From: Desulfomonilia bacterium
GTDB taxonomy: Bacteria > Desulfobacterota > Desulfomonilia > UBA1062
Length of the DNA stretch: 64,000 nucleotides
Direction: 5' to 3'
Assembly: GCA_963664325.2 (NCBI GenBank)
Contig: CAXXDQ010000009.1
Coordinates: forward strand, 12,871 to 76,870
Part shown: positions 48,101 through 57,847 of the stretch, one piece after another
Layout of the letters: the number at the start of each line of letters is the position of its first letter
Position numbering within the stretch: position 1 is the first letter of the stretch
Translations under genes and position numbers: made by a program
Notes under the pieces: generated by a model
What the model saw: only the letters and a program-made list of their open reading frames with translations
What the model was told of the DNA's origin: nothing
Databases searched by the model: none

Positions 48101-48216
48101 TGCAATGTCCAGGCCAGAATCATAACCAAGAGATATTCATAAGTTAGTCCTTTTGATTGTGAAAAATCACCATACATATGAGTAACTTTATTCATAAAAA
48201 AAGTAATTTTTTTCCA
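48101..48216 (-). promoter_or_regulatory. sigma54 promoter of the 46333 gene with tandem upstream palindromic sites
   Basis: TGGCCTGGACATTGCA (48116-48101); IHF-like site 48123-48135; sites at 48158-48173, 48179-48194 (TGAGTAACTTTATTCA) and 48201-48216, spaced 21-22 bp. Confidence 0.75.
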
Positions 48217-48490
48217 TGATGTCAGATGCAAAAAAGATACTGGGTATTTCCCTAAGGGTGTTTAATAAGAATCACCGATTTGTCAAAATATGAATACTCT
48301 GATCATGCCGGATGAGATTAATATTATGCCTGAAACGTTCGTCTTTGACCAAACAGCGAAATTTGTTAACTTTATATTGAAAAATATTAAACATCTAGCA
48401 GAATTCCGGGGCATAAAGAGGTAATAACCCTTTTCAGTCTGCAATATGAAAGTAAATTAAAGTAAAATACTTCTGGCAAAAAGGCTGTTT

Positions 48491-48506
48491 TGGATATATA
48501 TTTGCA
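48491..48506 (+). promoter_or_regulatory. Possible sigma54 promoter of the 48637 gene
   Basis: TGGATATATATTTGCA (GG-N10-GC). Confidence 0.5.
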
Positions 48507-48636
48507 TTGATGATCTAAGCACATCCCAGGGTAACAAGCCACGGGGCATTGAAATTTTATCGTATGGGTACCAATTTGTATTTCAGGACTCTGGAAATTG
48601 CTCTTTGGGATAAGTTAAAATATGGGAGGTAAATAT

Positions 48637-50082
48637 ATGAAAAAAACCGTCATGATTATCGCACTAACCTGTTTGTTAGCCATTACCGGGTGTGCCCAGC
48701 ATGACACCACGGCCGTCGTTGTCACTACGGATAATACGGGGACAAGCAATGAGACAGCCACTTTGGTGAACACCGATGACCTGACCATCGCTCCGGTGAA
48801 CATCTCCCTTGGCAACATGGATGAGCCCAATATGGTCGTAGTGTCGCCAGACAGCACAAAGGCGTATGTGGCCAGTACCCACTATCCGGGTGTGGCCTAC
48901 GGCAGCAATAAGGTCCAGGTCATCGACATCAAGACCAAGGCCATTACCAAGACCATCACCGTAGATGATGATATTTACGACATCAAACTCAACCCCAGCG
49001 GTTCGCGGCTTTATATAGGCAGCTGGAATGTATTTCACGCCATCATCGACATCTACGACACAACCATCATGGAGAGCGTGGGCAGCTTCGACACCGATGA
49101 GAGCGTCCTCTGGCCGCCATATGCTGATCCCTTCCGCTGGGCCTGGAAGCTTGCCGTGCACCCCACTCTGGATGTAGTCTACGTATTGGCTGCCAATGGC
49201 ATTGATGCCCGTGTGAGGGCTTATTCCACCACCGACGGCACACTCATAGGCGGAATGGAATATCCAATTGCCAATTCCGGCATAGCAAACCTCCTTGACT
49301 ACAAACTTGCGATCTCTCCCGAGGGAGACTTACTGCTGTCGCTCAGCTCCAAGATTTTCCCCTTTGCCATCAATGAAGACGGAAGCCTTCGAGTCCTCTA
49401 TGACACAAATGCCGATGGGATAAGCGAGGGCATCGACTGGCAGGAAACCGACAGTGCTACACTGTGGGGCAAGACAGACATTCTCTTCACAAAGACCAAG
49501 GGTGTCATCTACATTAACTCGGCCGGGGTCCATGCCGGTATCCTAAACCTTGCCGGCGGATCGGTATGCATGAGCAAAGCCAAGATCCTTGCTGAAAATG
49601 CCAACCCATACATTTACACCCTGACTGATTTCGTTGATGATCTGCTGCCCTGGATAGTGAAGCAGCTGGGCTATCCTAACGTAGCTGATCTCATCGACCC
49701 GCTTCAACTGTACGGTATTTCCGCTTCCGTCATGGTTGACAATACCTGCTTCATGTTCATTGCCCCGATCATCTCTATTGAGACTGCAGACCTGACCATC
49801 CCCAACATCTTTGTTGTCTTCAACTCTGTCTTCACTGGGTTCACCCCGTTCTGGGTAGGCGGCATGGTCACAACCACCTATACCAACAACATGGCCGTCA
49901 ACCCGGCCAAAACCACCCTGTGCCTGACCAACAAATGGGCTAAAAGCATGGATGTATGGTCAAAGAACCCGATTGTCGGATGGGCCGGCATGAAGAAAAA
50001 AGGCACAATCAATTTTGGGGATGAAACTTATCCACAGACTTTGGGAATGGCGAGCCTTCCCAAACCTTCACCTCTACCTTAA
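48637..50082 (+). CDS. Lipoprotein with YVTN/YncE-like beta-propeller repeats
   Basis: Lipobox ITGC; VVSPDSTKAYVA..NKVQVIDIKT..ITKTITV, LNPSGSRLYI. Confidence 0.8.
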   Translation: MKKTVMIIALTCLLAITGCAQHDTTAVVVTTDNTGTSNETATLVNTDDLTIAPVNISLGNMDEPNMVVVSPDSTKAYVASTHYPGVAYGSNKVQVIDIKTKAITKTITVDDDIYDIKLNPSGSRLYIGSWNVFHAIIDIYDTTIMESVGSFDTDESVLWPPYADPFRWAWKLAVHPTLDVVYVLAANGIDARVRAYSTTDGTLIGGMEYPIANSGIANLLDYKLAISPEGDLLLSLSSKIFPFAINEDGSLRVLYDTNADGISEGIDWQETDSATLWGKTDILFTKTKGVIYINSAGVHAGILNLAGGSVCMSKAKILAENANPYIYTLTDFVDDLLPWIVKQLGYPNVADLIDPLQLYGISASVMVDNTCFMFIAPIISIETADLTIPNIFVVFNSVFTGFTPFWVGGMVTTTYTNNMAVNPAKTTLCLTNKWAKSMDVWSKNPIVGWAGMKKKGTINFGDETYPQTLGMASLPKPSPLP

Positions 50083-50096
50083 TAATATGAGCCTGG

Positions 50097-50122
50097 GTCC
50101 CGGGCGGAAATCCGCCCGGGAC
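50097..50122 (+). terminator. Perfect 12-bp hairpin after the 48637 gene (no U-tract)
   Basis: GTCCCGGGCGGA-AA-TCCGCCCGGGAC. Confidence 0.55.
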
Positions 50123-50314
50123 TGAAGGCATCATTCAAGGGTTTGATTCAGAAGAATCCCCCTTTAAAGGGTTAAGCTGTTGACCCGACATTCTGAAAGG
50201 TAACCGCCAACAACTTATATATAAACATACACAATCTTATATTTCGGTTGCCGTACTTCAAAGATCAATTCCGTCAACACGTTGTAGTAACTTGAAAACC
50301 AGATTTCAATCAAA

Positions 50315-50429
50315 CAGCAAATTACTTCCATGGAAAATGAATTAAATTACTCATATCATGTCATGTACGCCTCTCCTTCGATGTAACTAATTGATATTTT
50401 TAGTTATTATTTATGGCATTCCCATTGCT
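50315..50429 (+). promoter_or_regulatory. sigma54 promoter with IHF site and upstream palindrome
   Basis: TGGCATTCCCATTGCT (50414-50429); IHF consensus at 50384-50396; TGAATTAAATTACTCA at 50338-50353. Confidence 0.8.
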
Positions 50430-50553
50430 TATGAAATTGTTATGGGACTTTTTCACGATATACAAATGGATAACCGGAAAACCCAGGGCATCCTGGAACG
50501 AATGCAGGCCGGATGCTTAAGACTATTCATTGCACTACGAGAGAGGAAAACCG

Positions 50554-51552
50554 ATGATAAAAATCAGTGCTTCTACGATTACACGGCAAGTTGTTATTCT
50601 CTCCATACTAATACTCTTCGCAGGTTGCGGCGGAGGCAGCGGAGGCGGCAATAGCGAAAGTACTCCGCCGGTTGTAAACAACAACGATCCGGGCAGCACA
50701 GTAACCTTTACCTTCACCCTTGATCCGGGCCAGATAAACAACATTCCCTCTGAAGCCGACCATGTCAAGGTGGTCCTTGACGGGAATGCTTCCACAGCCG
50801 AAGTAACTTCCAGGATCATAATATATGCTGATTCGCCGTCAGCGGCCTGCGCCGATGAAGACACCCTTATGCTCAGCTTTAATGTTTCCCCAGGCGAGCA
50901 TACCTACACCGTCTCGGCCCTGAAAGGCATCTCCGAACTGGAAACCATTGGACCAATTCAGTTCACAAAGGTAAAGGACATCCCTCTCACCGCACCCATC
51001 GCCTTTGATTATCCTTCGTTTGATACGAATCAGACTGATATCGGGTTGGATACCTCGAACGTCTTTTCATATTTCGGGACAGCAGGCAATAACCGCATTG
51101 TCCAGTACGGCGGACCGGCTGACGACGCCCTCTCTGTGGACAGCGGTGCAGGAAATGACTGGGTCGAGCAGTATGGGGGCGATGCGGTTGACACCATGGT
51201 TGCAGACACGGGAACAGGGAATGATTACATCTACCAGGAAGGCGGAGCCGGGAACGACGATATCAGTGCAACGCCGGGTGAAGGAAATGACACTGTCATG
51301 ATTAATGCGGGAGCGGGTGACGATACAATAACCTATTATGCGGGCATCGGCGCCGATACGGCTCTCATCGACGGCGGGGCAGGCACAGACACGCTGATTG
51401 TAAATCATAACGGTCAGCCGGTCCTGATTCAGGATAGTGACGGAAATGTGATTTATCAGGCAGGAAGTGACGGGACAATAATCACTGTGGTGAATGCGGA
51501 GCAAATTATTGTAATCGATAATGAAGGTAATGTTGTCTGGTCCGCACCGTAA
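50554..51552 (+). CDS. Lipoprotein with RTX-like Gly/Asp calcium-binding repeats
   Basis: Lipobox FAGC+GGGSGGG; repeats SGAGND, TGTGND, GGAGND, AGAGDD, GGAGTD. Confidence 0.82.
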   Translation: MIKISASTITRQVVILSILILFAGCGGGSGGGNSESTPPVVNNNDPGSTVTFTFTLDPGQINNIPSEADHVKVVLDGNASTAEVTSRIIIYADSPSAACADEDTLMLSFNVSPGEHTYTVSALKGISELETIGPIQFTKVKDIPLTAPIAFDYPSFDTNQTDIGLDTSNVFSYFGTAGNNRIVQYGGPADDALSVDSGAGNDWVEQYGGDAVDTMVADTGTGNDYIYQEGGAGNDDISATPGEGNDTVMINAGAGDDTITYYAGIGADTALIDGGAGTDTLIVNHNGQPVLIQDSDGNVIYQAGSDGTIITVVNAEQIIVIDNEGNVVWSAP

Positions 51553-51652
51553 TGCCCGATGAGTATTGAAAAGAAGCCTGGAACCTGAAGGAAATCCCTG
51601 CTTAACAAAAGCCATTAAATAAAAACATGAGGCAGGATTAATAACTGTAAAA

Positions 51653-51691
51653 AAGGGACAGGACCCCCGGAATCCGGGAAGTCCGTCCCTT
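51653..51691. terminator. Hairpin between convergent genes
   Basis: AAGGGAC-A-GGAC-CCCCGG-AAT-CCGGG-AA-GTCC-GTCCCTT. Confidence 0.6.
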
Positions 51692-51696
51692 GATTT

Positions 51697-54600
51697 TTAA
51701 AGGCCGACAGCAGTATTGACGAAACACAGGCCTGACGACCCGCCGCCATCATCACCCTGTGCCTGCTGCGTACTTTCAGCCGACAGCTTGCCGACTTCCT
51801 TTATGCTGCCAGGGACCAGCGGCAATACCGATGAATTGCCGGCCTCGTCATAAGCGATAACCGCATAGTACAAATAGTCATTGGGTATGTCGACATAGAC
51901 AACCGCGCCACCGGTCGCCGGCTTTATCTGCGTAACCAGTGTCGCTTCCTTTATAGTGGCCGCATCTATTTCAACATTGCTTCCGAATATCTTGATTTCC
52001 TTTGCCCTGCCGTTAAACCCGTCATCACCAGGACATTTGAAGACCAGCCCCTCATCTGTCCAGGTATATTCTGTAACGGATGCCGGGGCTACAGCATCCA
52101 CATTCAAGTTGGATGTGTTGCAGTTATCATGGCCATAGGTGGGCCAATTGGCCCTGGCGGTGTATTTCCCGTTTGTATCCCAGACAAAGACCCAGCCTTC
52201 TCTTGTAGCTATACCAATCTCATTACTTCCATCACCGTCTATGTCGGCAACAGCAGGTGTGGTCATCATAGAGCCGCCCGTCATCTTCGGAAAACCGGCC
52301 TTGTTCATACCGTCGGAGCCGAAGGCATGCAGCAGGCACAACTCAGAACCGACTACAATATCGGGTATTCCGTCGCCATCGACATCAGCAATACTGGGTT
52401 CAGAATACATTACATAATCATCAATCGCCCGCGGGAATGCATCCAGGAACTTGCCTGTCCGGGGGTCCCAGACCTGGACCGCATAGTTGTAAGGAAAATT
52501 CTGCCCGGAAAGGCCCAGGTTTGCAGCGCCGAAAAGCGTGAGCCCGCCCTTTATTATCTCAATTGTCCCATCGCCCGCGATGTCTCCCAGTGCCGCGCTT
52601 TCGAACAGGTTGAGCACCAGGGAGCGGTCATTCATGCCGACAGCATTGCTTCCCAATGGGCCCTCGACCATTTGTTTTACGATTTTGCCATTGCCGTCTA
52701 TAATGGAAGTTTTGCCTGAAGTGAAGCTTGCGACAATTTCATCCTTGCCGTCACCGTTGTAATCGAAGGCGCAGGGTTTTGATGAAGGGCCCAGAAGCGG
52801 AAGCATGTCGGGCATGAAAGCATCAACACCTGCAGGGGACTTCCACACGAATGCGCTCTGGCTGGCGGCTATTGTCCTGCCCCCGTCTCCGTTTGTTGCG
52901 CCGCTGCTTTTTATTGCGTAGACCATGCATTTCCTGCCTATGAAACTGCTCAAAAAATTAAATATGGAAGGCATGACATCTATACCGCCCGAAGTAACGC
53001 CCTTTTCCGAAAAATAATAATTCTCCTGCGGCTCAGGTGCCGCCCCGAACAGATCGATCCCCAATTTCCCTGGTATTGGGATGGCTTCGTTGGTGGCGAC
53101 GATTATCTCCATTTTACCGTCGCCGTTTATGTCGGCAAGACAGGGGGGGTGTATGATCTTGTTTCCTGACATCTCGGTCGAACGCACATAAACGGGGAAC
53201 CCGTTGGCGGCACTCCCGTCGCTCTTCCAGACGTACAGGCGCTGGTCGTTTCCGGCCAGGATGATTTCCTTCTTCCCGTCGCCATCGAGATCATAAAGCA
53301 CCGGAGAAGCCATGGTGCCAGGACCGATCGCGTTTTCAACCCCGCTCAAAGACCCGTCCGGGTTGGTAGAATGATCGCTGTTCTTAACCTTGCCGTAAAA
53401 AACGTCGAGCTTGAAATTTTCGCTGAAGTCAATCGGGAAGCCGGGCTGAACATTGCCGTCCGCCTTGAAGCAATAAGCCTTGCCGTCTGCAGCACTTACG
53501 ATTTCTTTGATTCCGTCTCCATCTATGTCCGCAACGGACGGGGTGATGAATGTTGACCTGAAGGGCATACCGGAAGAGGTTTTCATATTATGGTTTGCCG
53601 TCAGTTCGAATGTACCGGCGGCAAATTCTATGGTTTTCCCTTTAATCGCATAGGGGCTGCCGTCATGTCTGTATATGAGTATGCGGCCGTCTGAAGTTGC
53701 TACTACGACCTCCATTTTGCCGTCGCCGTCGAGATCGTCAAAGCGGAGTGACGCCTCGCCTCCGACGCCGATATACCTGGGCCAGTCTCCATGCAGGCTC
53801 TTGTCCTTGCAGACATAGAATGTCCGCCTGTCTTCAGGGTATTTATAAGGTTCCCTGAAGGACGTGTCATTAAGCTTTGTGCCGGTAAGCCGGACCCTGA
53901 CCGTGAATATGAACCTGTTGGGCTGGATTTCAGCATCGCCTGGATATTTGTCTTCCGGCGTGTCCGGCATATATGAAAAATCCGTTCCGTATGGGAATTT
54001 ACCTGTTATTTCACTCAGGTCGACATCCGCCAAAACAATATCTCTGCCTGTTGTCGATCCCCTGCTGATTTCTTCGAATTTCGCCGGCTCGATGCCGGCG
54101 CCCGCCTCGACAACCCAACCGGGGTTTCCGCCGGCGGACAGGATGTCGCCCTTTATTACCAGTCTGTCATCTCTCCTCAGGTCAAAATAATGGGACCATT
54201 CGGGTGAGGTTATCCTTGCTACAGAGGGTATGACTCCTTTTTGAACCGCCTTCAGGGCGGCATACAGGTTCACCCTGCCATAGCCGAAGTGCTGGTCCCA
54301 ACCCTTTGAAGCGGGATCAGGGTCCCCGTAGCCAATGGTGTCTTCAGGCTGGATATCATCGCTTGTAAGGGTTAAAAGCTGCTTTACCTGGTCAGGGTGA
54401 AGCTTTATTCCCAAACTCTTTGCATAAGATATGAGCAATCCGCCGGCTCCGGTAGAAAGCGCCGTTGATTGTGAGCCTGTCGCAACTTCCCATGAAATAT
54501 GATTTTTTGCGCCGAACTGGCACGTGCCCGCGTTTCTGAAATATGTTTTGGGGATAATAGCGTCTTCCAGACCGAATGTGTCAGGCACCATGCCTGAGCA

Positions 54601-55662
54601 GTAAATAGGCTCTTCGAGATAGGTCGGAAAATTATGGTCCGCGCTGTTGAGGTCGGAACTCGCTATGAAGATCGCAAGACCGTTGTCGTATGCCTCCTTG
54701 AACGCCTCTTTGCACACGCCGGAATTGTTCAAGCCGCCCAATGCGCCTTCTATAATATTGGCGCCGTTGCGTGCGGCATACAGGGCGGCGAGACCGTAAT
54801 AATTCGTATCCTGGACAAACGAATCCCAGCTCTTAAGCGGCATGACGGTGCAGTTGGGGCACACACCGACCTCTTCGTCCTTTCTGAATTCGCCCACCGC
54901 AGATATGGTCTGGCCCGTACCGTGATATGTGGCGGCCGAGTAGCTTGAAACGTCACCGGGGTCGTTGTTGTCTTCAAAAAAATTCCATCCGCATATGTCA
55001 TCGACAAAGCCGTTGTTGTCTTCGGGATTGTCAATCCCATCGGAGAATTTTTTGATCAGCTTCTGAAGGTTCAGGACATCCTTGTATTCTCCTGTACGGT
55101 TGTGCGCGTCATCTGCAAGCTCGATAATGTAGTCGGGGTATTCTCTTTTCAGTTCTTCGGGAGTCAGCCCGTTTGAATATTTGTCTTCAATATAGGATTC
55201 CGCGACATATTGATAGTCGCCGCTGTTAAGCGCTCCGTCCCCGTTGACGTCCCCCCATAGCGGCGAAGAATAATCTACATCTGTTTTTAAAGGAGGAAAG
55301 TTTCTTACCTCGCCCTTGTTAATATAAAACCTGTTCACAAGGCTTTTATCCACTCTTTCCCATCTTATGCCGGTGTCGATTATGGCAATGACAACCGACG
55401 GGTCGCCGGTTTCCATATCCCAGGCCCTGTCAACCCATGATCCAGGCGGAACGAAAAGGCCTTTGAGTTTATTCCCGTCAGGGTCTATCGAATCGCTCCT
55501 GTACACCGGCCCTGTGGTCGAAACGCTGTACAGCCAGTAATTTTTTTTGTAATCCACATCTTTGGGACCTGTTGCGGAGCCGGCGCTCAACCAGTACGCA
55601 TAAGAGAATCCTGATAAAAGCATAACCAGGGACAATAAAAGGACGAATGTAATTTTCTTCAT
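51697..55662 (-). CDS. Secreted S8 (subtilisin-like) peptidase with FG-GAP repeats and C-terminal CFV motif
   Basis: Signal peptide; IAIIDTG, DNNGFVDDICGWNF, HGT, FGYGRVN; many D(L/I)DGDG..E(I/V)V repeats; ends GGGSSGLCFVNTAVGL. Confidence 0.85.
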   Translation of the reverse strand: MKKITFVLLLSLVMLLSGFSYAYWLSAGSATGPKDVDYKKNYWLYSVSTTGPVYRSDSIDPDGNKLKGLFVPPGSWVDRAWDMETGDPSVVIAIIDTGIRWERVDKSLVNRFYINKGEVRNFPPLKTDVDYSSPLWGDVNGDGALNSGDYQYVAESYIEDKYSNGLTPEELKREYPDYIIELADDAHNRTGEYKDVLNLQKLIKKFSDGIDNPEDNNGFVDDICGWNFFEDNNDPGDVSSYSAATYHGTGQTISAVGEFRKDEEVGVCPNCTVMPLKSWDSFVQDTNYYGLAALYAARNGANIIEGALGGLNNSGVCKEAFKEAYDNGLAIFIASSDLNSADHNFPTYLEEPIYCSGMVPDTFGLEDAIIPKTYFRNAGTCQFGAKNHISWEVATGSQSTALSTGAGGLLISYAKSLGIKLHPDQVKQLLTLTSDDIQPEDTIGYGDPDPASKGWDQHFGYGRVNLYAALKAVQKGVIPSVARITSPEWSHYFDLRRDDRLVIKGDILSAGGNPGWVVEAGAGIEPAKFEEISRGSTTGRDIVLADVDLSEITGKFPYGTDFSYMPDTPEDKYPGDAEIQPNRFIFTVRVRLTGTKLNDTSFREPYKYPEDRRTFYVCKDKSLHGDWPRYIGVGGEASLRFDDLDGDGKMEVVVATSDGRILIYRHDGSPYAIKGKTIEFAAGTFELTANHNMKTSSGMPFRSTFITPSVADIDGDGIKEIVSAADGKAYCFKADGNVQPGFPIDFSENFKLDVFYGKVKNSDHSTNPDGSLSGVENAIGPGTMASPVLYDLDGDGKKEIILAGNDQRLYVWKSDGSAANGFPVYVRSTEMSGNKIIHPPCLADINGDGKMEIIVATNEAIPIPGKLGIDLFGAAPEPQENYYFSEKGVTSGGIDVMPSIFNFLSSFIGRKCMVYAIKSSGATNGDGGRTIAASQSAFVWKSPAGVDAFMPDMLPLLGPSSKPCAFDYNGDGKDEIVASFTSGKTSIIDGNGKIVKQMVEGPLGSNAVGMNDRSLVLNLFESAALGDIAGDGTIEIIKGGLTLFGAANLGLSGQNFPYNYAVQVWDPRTGKFLDAFPRAIDDYVMYSEPSIADVDGDGIPDIVVGSELCLLHAFGSDGMNKAGFPKMTGGSMMTTPAVADIDGDGSNEIGIATREGWVFVWDTNGKYTARANWPTYGHDNCNTSNLNVDAVAPASVTEYTWTDEGLVFKCPGDDGFNGRAKEIKIFGSNVEIDAATIKEATLVTQIKPATGGAVVYVDIPNDYLYYAVIAYDEAGNSSVLPLVPGSIKEVGKLSAESTQQAQGDDGGGSSGLCFVNTAVGL

Positions 55663-55721
55663 TATTAGATCCTCCCCCACAAAAATACAATCTGTTAAAT
55701 AATAATATACTTTATTATTAA

Positions 55722-55737
55722 AGCAAGTTCCAGACCG
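55722..55737 (-). promoter_or_regulatory. Possible sigma54 promoter of the S8 gene
   Basis: CGGTCTGGAACTTGCT (GG-N10-GC); IHF consensus at 55791-55803. TTGCTT could alternatively be a sigma70 -35 element. Confidence 0.45.
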
Positions 55738-55807
55738 GTAAAATTATAGGCTTTATACAATTGAGTCTTATTTGATTGGCTCTGTATAAATAACCGATTG
55801 ATTTAAA

Positions 55808-55884
<77 letters not shown>

Positions 55885-56017
55885 TCGAGGTATTCTTCTA
55901 ATATCAATGGCCGGTATTTGTCAAGAAAGGATTCCCAACATGCAGCATATAATTTATGGTTGGCGGGCAATGAAGGATTGAATTTGAAAATAGACAAAAT
56001 AGGGGTATTTGAGTTCA

Positions 56018-56806
56018 ATGGAAGAGAGAAAAATCAAGCGGCTCATGTGCTATGCATCAGGGGCCATGCGCGGGGTCTATTATGCAGGCGTTATGAGGGC
56101 CCTTGATGAGGCCGGTATCATTTTCGATGAACTGGCCGGCATAAGCGTGGGTTCAACCGGAGCGGCCTGGCATGCCGCAGGTCAAGGGAATACAGGCCTC
56201 GATACATGGATTGCCATCGAAGTTAAAAAGCTTACCCTCCACCCGTTATTCAACAGCGGCACGGCCAAGAACCTCGATTGGATGATTGCTAATGACACAC
56301 TGCCCAGACTCGACATGGAGGCACTGAAGAAATCCGGAAAGACAGTCCATATAGGGGTCTCCGAAATAAGGCCGTTCATCGAATGGGGTAAAGGGATGTT
56401 CAGGAGAAGGTATCTGAGCTTCAAAGGGGATTTCGATACAGGGAAACTTTTGACTGCGATCAGGGCGAGCTGCCACATGCCGTTCATAAACGGCATATTC
56501 TCTTCCACTGTAATCGACGGGAAAAGATGTCTTGACGGCGGGCTGACCGGACGCATTCCCCTTGATGCAACCGATCTGAAAGGCTTCGATGAAATCTGGC
56601 TGGCGGCGGCCTCTCCGAATGCGATCAGAGAGCTTGGCAGCATCCCGGACGGGATAAGAAACAAACTCCATGTAATCACACCCGGCCTGCCTCTGCCGGT
56701 CGGCCGTATCGAGATCGACAAGGAAAAATTCCGGGACACGGCCGCCATGGGTTATCATGATACCGTAAAGGTCATAATTTCCGGTGCAAAGGAGTATAAA
56801 GTATGA
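56018..56806 (+). CDS. Patatin-like phospholipase
   Basis: SGAMRG, GISVG, ASCHMP, DGG. Confidence 0.85.
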   Translation: MEERKIKRLMCYASGAMRGVYYAGVMRALDEAGIIFDELAGISVGSTGAAWHAAGQGNTGLDTWIAIEVKKLTLHPLFNSGTAKNLDWMIANDTLPRLDMEALKKSGKTVHIGVSEIRPFIEWGKGMFRRRYLSFKGDFDTGKLLTAIRASCHMPFINGIFSSTVIDGKRCLDGGLTGRIPLDATDLKGFDEIWLAAASPNAIRELGSIPDGIRNKLHVITPGLPLPVGRIEIDKEKFRDTAAMGYHDTVKVIISGAKEYKV

Positions 56807-57738
56807 AGGACAACCCTGCGGAAGTCCTCGTTATCGGCAGAACCAACGTCGACAACCTCTCGGTGCTTGAGCGCTATCCGAAAGAGGACTCGAAAATAAG
56901 GATTCTCGAACACATTACGGATACCGGCGGCCAGGGCGCAAACACCAGCTGCTGCATAGCCAGGCTTGGCGGCAGCGTCATGTTCATAAGCCGAGTAGGC
57001 AATGACAAGGAAGGCAGGTTCTGTATCGAGCGCCTGAAGGAGAGCGGCATAGACACAAGTTCGATAAGGATAATAAAAGGCGGGCACACAACCGTTTCAT
57101 ATGTATTTATTTCTAAATCCACCGGTAAACGCACCCTCATGTACCAGTCAGAAACACTACCAGACTTTACGCTTGATAAAAAGACAAGGACCTGTATTTC
57201 AAGTGCCAGCGTTCTGCTCATTGACCCTTCGTCCACCAATCTTGCCGCAGAGTTGAAAACGCTTAAAGACAGGCCCCCTATCGTTTACGACTGCGAGAGA
57301 TGGCGCGAAGGCATATATGACATGATGGCGCTTGCCGATTACTTGGTACCGTCTTCCTTGTTCCTGACTGACAAAAAGATAGGTTTTAAGACATCGGACC
57401 CGGTGGAAGGGATTAAAATGCTTGCCAGCAACTTTCCAAATCATCTTATCATGACCGACGGAAAAAACGGCGCATATTTCATAAAGGACGGTTCGATATT
57501 CAACATCAGGCCACCAAGGGTAAAAATCATCGATACGACAGGTGCAGGAGACAACTTCCACGGCGCGCTTGCCCTGGCGCTCAGCAGAAATTTTTCCCTT
57601 GAAGATTCAGTCAAGCTCGGCATCGCCGTTGCAACGCTTTCGTGCTCGGGATACGGCGGCAGGGCTGCCGTTCCAGAATGGGACGAGGCCATAAACATTT
57701 CAAAAAGTCTTAAAGCTCTCAGGGTTTGCTCCATTTGA
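56803..57738 (+). CDS. PfkB family carbohydrate kinase
   Basis: GGQGAN, VGND..G, DTTGAGDNFHG. Confidence 0.92.
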   Translation: MKDNPAEVLVIGRTNVDNLSVLERYPKEDSKIRILEHITDTGGQGANTSCCIARLGGSVMFISRVGNDKEGRFCIERLKESGIDTSSIRIIKGGHTTVSYVFISKSTGKRTLMYQSETLPDFTLDKKTRTCISSASVLLIDPSSTNLAAELKTLKDRPPIVYDCERWREGIYDMMALADYLVPSSLFLTDKKIGFKTSDPVEGIKMLASNFPNHLIMTDGKNGAYFIKDGSIFNIRPPRVKIIDTTGAGDNFHGALALALSRNFSLEDSVKLGIAVATLSCSGYGGRAAVPEWDEAINISKSLKALRVCSI

Positions 57739-57847
57739 AGGACAGGGCAAATATTTTTTGACAGCACCCGGTATTTAATGCATATTTTCAAAGCTGGCTT
57801 GATTTGTCCGAGAGCCATAATTCTTAAATGTCTGCAGGAGGTTGCTT

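Noticed and set aside
50391-50654. 87-aa ORF upstream of the RTX-like lipoprotein
   Set aside because: It overlaps the sigma54 promoter and the real gene start, has a TTG start without RBS, and is probably spurious.
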